From Polyangiaceae bacterium (lineage in GTDB: Bacteria; Myxococcota_A; Polyangia; Polyangiales; Polyangiaceae): a stretch of DNA of 64,000 nt. Below, piece after piece: positions 56,498 through 64,000 of the stretch; positions within the stretch are counted from its first letter, which is position 1; each line of letters opens with the position of its first letter. The DNA is taken from positions 320,001-384,000 of the forward strand of contig CBDCTZ010000014.1 in NCBI GenBank assembly GCA_965222375.1, written 5' to 3'. Below the pieces are notes generated by a model that had not been told where the DNA came from, ran no database searches, and was given only the letters and a program-made list of their open reading frames with translations. Both the position numbers and the translations under genes were made by a program.

Positions 56498-58978
56498 CTA
56501 GCCCGACGTAGGGACGGACTCTAGCGCGCGGCGGTAGCGTTCGCGACGCAAGTTGTCTCTCAGGATCTCGTAGGCTTCTTCGAGCACCTCGACGATCAGG
56601 TCCACGTCGTCCTTCAAGTCTGCGCACCCAGGAGTGAGCATCCTCGAGGGTTCGAAATCCCGCCGAAGTTCCGCGTACGCGCGGCGCACATCATAGCTCG
56701 TGGCGCGTCGCGGGACGCCCAGTAGGGAGAAATAATCGCCTTCGTCTACCAAGGCGCGGCGCGCGAGGATGCGCTGCCGAACCGCGCTTTCGTCCAAGGC
56801 GTCCCACTTCTGGGGCGGTGGCTCCTGGGCGCCCGAGCGCCGCTGTTGTCCAGAGTCGACCTGCAGCACTCTGAGCGCTACCAGTGCGGCGAACATCGGC
56901 GTGAAGCCAGGATCCCGAATCTGGTTCAGCACCTCACCCAGGGTGCTACCGGATGCCTGCTCGACCAAGGCGGTTTCCGCGTCGGTCAGCGCGCATTCGC
57001 TGAGTAGGTTGTGACTTTCTCCTGGAGTCAGGACTCCGCTTTGGCCGCCTAACTGGGTAACCGCCGCTTCCGGCAGAACCACCCTTCGCGCGACTTCGAC
57101 CAACACTTCCGCGCCTGTGGCACCACCGAACACGGCGGGCTCCGCCTGCAGTCGGGGAGGCACCTCCCGCTCGATGCTGGCACCTCCACCCTCCATCAGC
57201 ATGATCCGCCCGACGACCCACTCCGCATGCGCGCGCAGAACCGGCCACAGTTCGTCTTGGCGCAGATGCCCGTTGGCGATCAGAGCTGCGCCTGCGTATC
57301 GACCGAAGGGTGGAATACGAGGACCCAAGCGTTGGGCGACTTCCGGCCCGAGCACGCCGCGCTCGATCAGAAACGCCATCAGTGACTCGGTGTTCGCGCC
57401 GGATGCGGCAATCACGAAGTCGCCATCACGGAAAACCACCCGACGGATGCCAGCGGGATCCTCGAAGGCGATGGCGCCGGTAAACCGCGATTGCACCGCT
57501 TGGGCGAGGACTTTTAGGGCGTCCCCGGCGCTGAGCACGGCAGGGATCTGCGGCGTGCTAGCTGCTTCTTGGGGCGGCTCCTGGCTGCGCTCATCGCTGA
57601 ACGTAATTCGTGGCGCCGCGGTCATCGGCGCTATAGGTCGAGGTGGCTCCAGAGGTCGTGACGGTGCCGGTCGCGCGGTGGCTGCTGGTGTTGATGGAGG
57701 GCCCGTTTGAGGCCGCGCTTCGATGGCCGTCACCATCGCGTTCGCGGGCGCTGGCGGCCAACTCGGTGGTCTCGGCTCGGCGTCGCTAGGAGGTAGGGCG
57801 GCAGCTGTTTGGGGTGGCTCCGACTGTGAGCTTCGTTGCTGTGGCGGCGGCGCCGTGGGCTCCGCTCCGGTGGTCACTCCACCATCGATGGTTCCTGGAG
57901 ACGATAGCGGGCTACCGGCGAAGGTACCCAAGCCGGTGCCCTGTCCGGACGCCGCGGTGCCTTGACCCGTGGCGCCACCACCGCCGTAGGAGCCTGCGCC
58001 CGTTCCGATGTTCGTGCCGAAGCCTGTGCGCGCGCCCGAGCCTGAGCGCGTGCCGTGTTCACTGTCCTCCGCAGACCCGAGCTTGTCGTCGTCGTCGAGG
58101 TCCAGGGGTTCGTCTAGCGCGGCAAGTACCTCCGCTGGAAGCACCGCTTCGATTTCTTCGTCCGGTGAGAGCTTCGGTGCGGTCGGCCGAAGGCTATCCC
58201 CACTGGATAGCGCGCTGACCCGCTGCTCGGCGCGGGCCAGTAGAGATTCCAGCTCTGGACTCATCTCGGACTGCGGGACCTGGCGCGGCCCGGCGTCCTC
58301 ATTGGAAAACCCTAGAGGGACAGGTGCAGGCAAACTCGGATGCGAGGGGTCGTCGTCGATGAAAGCTCCGGGTCGTTGGCCTGGTGTCGAGGGCGCGTCC
58401 GCCGCGCTTTGGTCGCCCCCCTCTTCCGCGGGTGCCCGTTCCCTTTCGCTTGGTGCGTTGGTGTCTTCGCTTGGCGCCGGGTTTTCCTTTGGTCCCTCGG
58501 CGTCTTCATCTGGTGCAGCGGTGTCCTTACTCGTGCCGCGCTGCTCCCGGGAGCCTGCGGGCGGGACGGTCGAAACCTGGGGGCCTTGACGCGGGGGGAT
58601 TGAGGCGAGCCCACACAACGCATCGATCTTCCGGACGACTGTTTCCGGATCCGTGCCGGATTGGAAGGCCCCGCTCGCTTCGTCTTTCAGGTTCTCGGGC
58701 AGTGGAGTCCCGCCCAGGAAGACCACGTCGACCTTTGGACCGCCGTCGCGCGCCCGAAGTTCAACCAGGGATTGGGGTGCGCCTTCGGTTCTGGCGTCCA
58801 ACAGCCACACATCGGGCAGTGCGCCTTCTTGCACGGGATTGCCAAGGTCCACCGACTCGGCGTCGTAGCCCCGGACCGTCAGCAGGCGCTCGAATGCGCC
58901 AGCTACGTCGTCCGCTAGAGTCAGCCAGACTCGCGGACTTCGCGTGAAATTCCCTTCAGCGGGCGGATCCGAAGCCAC
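56498..58978 (-). CDS. Degenerate REC - low-complexity linker - DUF4388-like - J-domain-like protein
   Basis: PDVWLLD (REC-like); FTGAI.F...RRVVFRDG...A.S...ESL..FL..RG (DUF4388/PATAN-like); DYFSLLGV...DVRRAY..L...EAYEIL.D..RRERY. Confidence 0.78.
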   Translation of the reverse strand: MASDPPAEGNFTRSPRVWLTLADDVAGAFERLLTVRGYDAESVDLGNPVQEGALPDVWLLDARTEGAPQSLVELRARDGGPKVDVVFLGGTPLPENLKDEASGAFQSGTDPETVVRKIDALCGLASIPPRQGPQVSTVPPAGSREQRGTSKDTAAPDEDAEGPKENPAPSEDTNAPSERERAPAEEGGDQSAADAPSTPGQRPGAFIDDDPSHPSLPAPVPLGFSNEDAGPRQVPQSEMSPELESLLARAEQRVSALSSGDSLRPTAPKLSPDEEIEAVLPAEVLAALDEPLDLDDDDKLGSAEDSEHGTRSGSGARTGFGTNIGTGAGSYGGGGATGQGTAASGQGTGLGTFAGSPLSSPGTIDGGVTTGAEPTAPPPQQRSSQSEPPQTAAALPPSDAEPRPPSWPPAPANAMVTAIEARPQTGPPSTPAATARPAPSRPLEPPRPIAPMTAAPRITFSDERSQEPPQEAASTPQIPAVLSAGDALKVLAQAVQSRFTGAIAFEDPAGIRRVVFRDGDFVIAASGANTESLMAFLIERGVLGPEVAQRLGPRIPPFGRYAGAALIANGHLRQDELWPVLRAHAEWVVGRIMLMEGGGASIEREVPPRLQAEPAVFGGATGAEVLVEVARRVVLPEAAVTQLGGQSGVLTPGESHNLLSECALTDAETALVEQASGSTLGEVLNQIRDPGFTPMFAALVALRVLQVDSGQQRRSGAQEPPPQKWDALDESAVRQRILARRALVDEGDYFSLLGVPRRATSYDVRRAYAELRRDFEPSRMLTPGCADLKDDVDLIVEVLEEAYEILRDNLRRERYRRALESVPTSG

Positions 58979-59012
58979 GAAGTGCCAGTTTAGCGAAAGT
59001 CCCGTAGCGGAT

Positions 59013-59183
59013 TCACGAAAGCTGCGGATCGTCGTCGCTGGCCGGCGTTTCTGCGTCGGGCGCCCGCTGCCCAGCGGCTATCCGACCCAACATGGCCCCC
59101 AGCCGGGGCCACCACGGAGCGGAGATGACCGCCAGAGTGATGAACCCGATGACGATCAGCTCCGATCGGGTCAAATCGACCAC
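59013..59183 (-). CDS. Small single-TM protein (TatA-like topology)
   Basis: LTRSELIVIGFITLAVIS TM, amphipathic WWPRLGAMLGR, acidic tail. Confidence 0.5.
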   Translation of the reverse strand: MVDLTRSELIVIGFITLAVISAPWWPRLGAMLGRIAAGQRAPDAETPASDDDPQLS

Positions 59184-59205
59184 AACGCTGCAGAGATAGC
59201 ATGAT

Positions 59206-59769
59206 TTGGCCTGGCAGCCGGCTATTGTCCGTATCGTGGACCTGGTATTCGGCCTAGGAGCTAATCTGGGGGATCGCGCCGACGCGCTGCGCGGGGCTGT
59301 CACTGCCCTAGCGGGTTTAGGCCCAATTGTGGCTGTTTCCGGCCTGTTTGAGACAGACGCAGTGGGGGGTCCGCCAGGCCAGCCGCCTCACCTGAATGCC
59401 GCCGTCAGGCTGACCACTGACGCAGACCCGCCCCAGTGGCTAGCAACGGCTCGCGCAATCGAAAACTCCGCGGGACGCGAGCGCAAACAGCGCCACGGGC
59501 CCCGTGTTCTGGACGTAGACGTTCTCTGGGCCGACGGGAGACGCGTCGTCAGTCCGGAACTGACCGTGCCTCATCCTGCACTAAAAGACCGGCCGTTCGC
59601 TTGGATTCCCCTGCTCGAAGTGGCGCCTGACGCCGCTCCACCCGGCGGTGCCGCGGCCTATCGGCGCAAACTCGAAGGCTTCGACTGGGTGGGCGTTTCG
59701 CCGCGCTTGGGCGCCCGGCTGTGGTGTCCGGAATTTCCGAGTGAAATCGAGCAATTACGACCCGTCTAG
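59206..59769 (+). CDS. folK: 2-amino-4-hydroxy-6-hydroxymethyldihydropteridine diphosphokinase
   Basis: GLGANLGDR, VS.LFET, HLNAAV, GPRVLDVDVL, LTVPHP. Start may be GTG 59237. Confidence 0.95.
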   Translation: MAWQPAIVRIVDLVFGLGANLGDRADALRGAVTALAGLGPIVAVSGLFETDAVGGPPGQPPHLNAAVRLTTDADPPQWLATARAIENSAGRERKQRHGPRVLDVDVLWADGRRVVSPELTVPHPALKDRPFAWIPLLEVAPDAAPPGGAAAYRRKLEGFDWVGVSPRLGARLWCPEFPSEIEQLRPV

Positions 59770-59856
59770 ACACCCTCACAGCGAGGTGGTACGAGCCGCG
59801 CGCCGCAAGGGCGCTTCTACCCGCCAAACGGCATTCCCAACACCGGAGAGACCCCG

Positions 59857-60348
59857 TTGCTCGTTCTTGGTGCTCAAAGCCCCTCTCTAGTCCTCGCAGC
59901 CGCCATGGGCGGTGGGGTCAGTGTTGACCTCGACCGCAGTTTCTTGTTTCAGGCGGTTGTCTTCTTGGTCGTGATTTGGCTGCTCAAGCCGCTGCTCTTC
60001 GATCCCGTGTTGCGCATTTTCGAGGAGCGCGAGCGGCGCACCGACGGCGCGCGGGATGAGGCGCGCGAAATGCAGGAAGAGGCCGGCAGCCTGCTCCGAA
60101 AGTACGAGCACGAATTGGTGCGCGTGCATCAGGTCGCCGCTGAGGTGCGCGAGCAAAATCGCAACGAGACCACGAAGCTCGAAAACGAAATCCTCGAGGA
60201 AGCGCGTGCATCGACCGCTCAGATCCTCTCTGACGGTCGGAAGAACATCGAGGAGGAGGTTGGAAGGATTCGCTTCGACCTCGGCAAACGCTCCCAGCAG
60301 CTGGCTGGAGACGTGGCGTCGCGAATCCTCGGAAAGGGGGCGTCATGA
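59857..60348 (+). CDS. atpF: ATP synthase F0 subunit b'
   Basis: D.SFLFQ..FL, LLFDPV..FEERE, coiled coil, RILG; first gene of the atp cluster. Confidence 0.88.
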   Translation: MLVLGAQSPSLVLAAAMGGGVSVDLDRSFLFQAVVFLVVIWLLKPLLFDPVLRIFEERERRTDGARDEAREMQEEAGSLLRKYEHELVRVHQVAAEVREQNRNETTKLENEILEEARASTAQILSDGRKNIEEEVGRIRFDLGKRSQQLAGDVASRILGKGAS

Positions 60349-61028
60349 ACTCGCTGCCTCGTCGGGCGCTTGCCTCCGGAGTACTCGCCCTCGCTCTACT
60401 CGGCTTGGCCGCACCCGCGTTGGCGGCTGGGGGCGGTGGTGACGGTGAGCACCACTTCAATCTGTATCACGGCTTTATCGGTGTTCGCGAAGGTGTGCAG
60501 CCGAACCTGCTGTGGCGTGCGCCTGGGACTCCTCCCCCGTTAGGCGCGATGCTCGTCAACACCGGCATCCTCTTCTACCTGCTGTATCGCTTTGGCAATC
60601 GACCAGTGAAAGACGCGCTCAAGAAGCGCAAGGCAGCGATCATGCAGGGTATGGACGACGCTGCTCGTATGAAAAGCGACGCTGAGGAACGCCTGACGGA
60701 TCTAGAAGACAAGATCGACCACATTGAAGACGAGATCGATCGGGTCCGCAGGGACATGCAAGCCGCGGGGCAGGCTGAGCGGGAACGCGTGTTGGCCGAA
60801 GCCAAAGAGCGCCGCGAGCGCATGGAGCGGGATGCGAAACTGCTGGTGAGCCAAGAGCTCAAAGTAGCTCACGATGCACTGCTTCAGGAAACCGTGAACA
60901 GCGCCATCCAGAGCGCGCGCGAGGCCATCGAGAGAGCCATCACCCCCGCGGAGCACCAACGCCTGGCCCAGGAGTACCTGGCTGGGCTCGACCGGGCGCT
61001 CAGCGCGAAACAAGGGAGTCCGTCATGA
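60345..61028 (+). CDS. atpF: ATP synthase F0 subunit b with N-terminal extension
   Basis: NTGILFYLLY.FG..PV...L..R...I plus coiled coil; ATGA overlaps. Confidence 0.88.
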   Translation: MNSLPRRALASGVLALALLGLAAPALAAGGGGDGEHHFNLYHGFIGVREGVQPNLLWRAPGTPPPLGAMLVNTGILFYLLYRFGNRPVKDALKKRKAAIMQGMDDAARMKSDAEERLTDLEDKIDHIEDEIDRVRRDMQAAGQAERERVLAEAKERRERMERDAKLLVSQELKVAHDALLQETVNSAIQSAREAIERAITPAEHQRLAQEYLAGLDRALSAKQGSPS

Positions 61029-61564
61029 GCGATTCGGCCATTGCAGATCGCTACGCACGGGCCATCTTCGAGCTTGGCGTCGAAACTGGGCAACTCGAGG
61101 CCCTGAGCAATCAGATTGGCAAGGCTGCCGCGGCCTTTGCCGCGAGCGCCGAGTTGCGCGCCGTGTTGGACAATCCCTTGGTAGCCGAAGACGCGCGAGA
61201 GGCGGTGCTCAAAGACCTATCGATGCGCCTGTCCCTGAACGACCTGGCCACCAACTCCCTGCGCCTAATTGCGCAGCGCCGGCGGCTCAGTGTGTTGTCG
61301 GACATCGCGAAACGACTTGGCACCCTGTCTGACGAAAAGGCCGGGATTGTCCGCGCCACGGTGGTCACCGCGGTGCCCCTTCCGGAAGACGTATACACCC
61401 AACTTCAATCCAAGATCGCGACGCACACCAAGAAGCGTGTCGTGCTCGAGCGCAAGCAAGATCCGACTCTAATCGGCGGGATCGTTACACAGATTGGTGA
61501 CAACACCATCGACGGCAGCATCAAGGGGCGGCTGGACGAGTTGACTCGACAGCTCCTGGCGTGA
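61025..61564 (+). CDS. atpH: ATP synthase F1 subunit delta
   Basis: IA.RYARAIF, L.NP, DP.LIGG...IG...IDGS. Confidence 0.95.
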   Translation: MSDSAIADRYARAIFELGVETGQLEALSNQIGKAAAAFAASAELRAVLDNPLVAEDAREAVLKDLSMRLSLNDLATNSLRLIAQRRRLSVLSDIAKRLGTLSDEKAGIVRATVVTAVPLPEDVYTQLQSKIATHTKKRVVLERKQDPTLIGGIVTQIGDNTIDGSIKGRLDELTRQLLA

Positions 61565-61584
61565 CGCCAAAGAACCTCAACCTT

Positions 61585-61598
61585 CCCGCCAAGGCGGG
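61585..61598 (+). other. Short GC hairpin in the atpH-atpA spacer (possible mRNA stabiliser or processing site)
   Basis: CCCGC-CAAG-GCGGG with no U-tract. Confidence 0.35.
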
Positions 61599-61625
61599 CC
61601 CAAGCGAATCAGGACGACATCAGCT

Positions 61626-63308
<1,683 letters not shown>

Positions 63309-63320
63309 GCACGACTTAGC

Positions 63321-64000
63321 ATGGCAAATCTAAAAGCCATCCGGAAGCGCATCGGCAGCGTCAAGAGCACGCAGAAGATCACCCGCGCAATGAAAATGGT
63401 TGCGGGTGCTCGCCTGAACCGCGCTCAGCAGCGCATCTTGGAGATGCGCCCCTACGCCGTCAAAACCTCGGACGTGCTTCGGGAGGTGACCGCCGCAGCC
63501 AACCGGCGCATGGAGGAAGACTCCTCGGGCGTCAACACAGACCACCCGCTGTTGGCGCGGCGACCAGAGAAGACCACCCTGCTCTTGGTGATCACAAGTG
63601 ATCGCGGGCTGTGCGGTGCGTTCAATACGAACATCCTGCGCGCCGCGGAGAAGCTCTGGCGCGACCGCGAAGCGGAGGGGCAACAAGTCCAGTTCGCCAT
63701 CATCGGCCGCAAGGGCCGGGACTACTTCCGGCGACGGGACGCTCCGATTCTCCACGTCTTCAGCGGCGTTTGGGAGCAACTGGATCTAGACCAGGCTCGC
63801 AACGTCGCCAAGACGGTGCTCAAGCCCTTCGTGAGCGCCGAGGTGGACGCGATCTACCTAGTCTACAATGAGTTCAAGAGTGCCATGAGCCAGCGCGTCG
63901 TCGCTGAGCCCCTTTTCCCTCTGGCTGTCGAGGAAGCGGAGTCCGATAGGCCTTCACAGGTTGGATTCGAGATGGACTTCATCTTCGAGCCCAACAAGGA
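63321..64000 (+). CDS. atpG: ATP synthase F1 subunit gamma (partial, runs off window)
   Basis: Manual translation MANLKAIRKRIGSVKSTQKITRAMKMVA...TSDRGLCGAFN...IGRKG...YNEFKS...FEP. Confidence 0.97.
   Translation, partial: MANLKAIRKRIGSVKSTQKITRAMKMVAGARLNRAQQRILEMRPYAVKTSDVLREVTAAANRRMEEDSSGVNTDHPLLARRPEKTTLLLVITSDRGLCGAFNTNILRAAEKLWRDREAEGQQVQFAIIGRKGRDYFRRRDAPILHVFSGVWEQLDLDQARNVAKTVLKPFVSAEVDAIYLVYNEFKSAMSQRVVAEPLFPLAVEEAESDRPSQVGFEMDFIFEPNK

Overview
GC-rich bacterial chromosomal segment, very probably Myxococcota (Polyangiales-like), judging from MYXO-CTERM sorting tails, PEGA/TPR proteins, Cys-rich lipoproteins and a Ser/Thr kinase-TPR-sigma54 activator fusion. About 55 genes are recognisable. 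Housekeeping genes: ku/ligD, ruvA, folK, a dsbD-like gene, comF, a Clp ATPase and the atpF'-F-H-A-G part of the ATP synthase operon. The rest are mainly signalling genes and exported proteins. No rRNA, tRNA or CRISPR array was seen. The two most notable regions are (1) a six-gene, fully translationally coupled operon at 14140-20463 (helical unknown protein, glycosyltransferase, three radical SAM enzymes, membrane protein) that matches no pathway I can name, and (2) an apparently complete IS110/IS1111-type element at 40921-42536. That element has sub-terminal inverted repeats, a duplicated 2-bp core, an RBS-sequestering hairpin and a 3' non-coding region with an exact 24-bp duplication that carries copies of the insertion-junction sequence (candidate bridge/seekRNA); it sits inside a MITE/REP-like element. 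Other points: a complete sigma54 promoter (palindrome, IHF box, -24/-12) upstream of the kinase-activator fusion, a ~50-aa insertion in AtpA, an ArsR operator, several degenerate catalytic motifs, and three single-base start/stop anomalies. All family calls come from reading motifs by eye; no database search was run.
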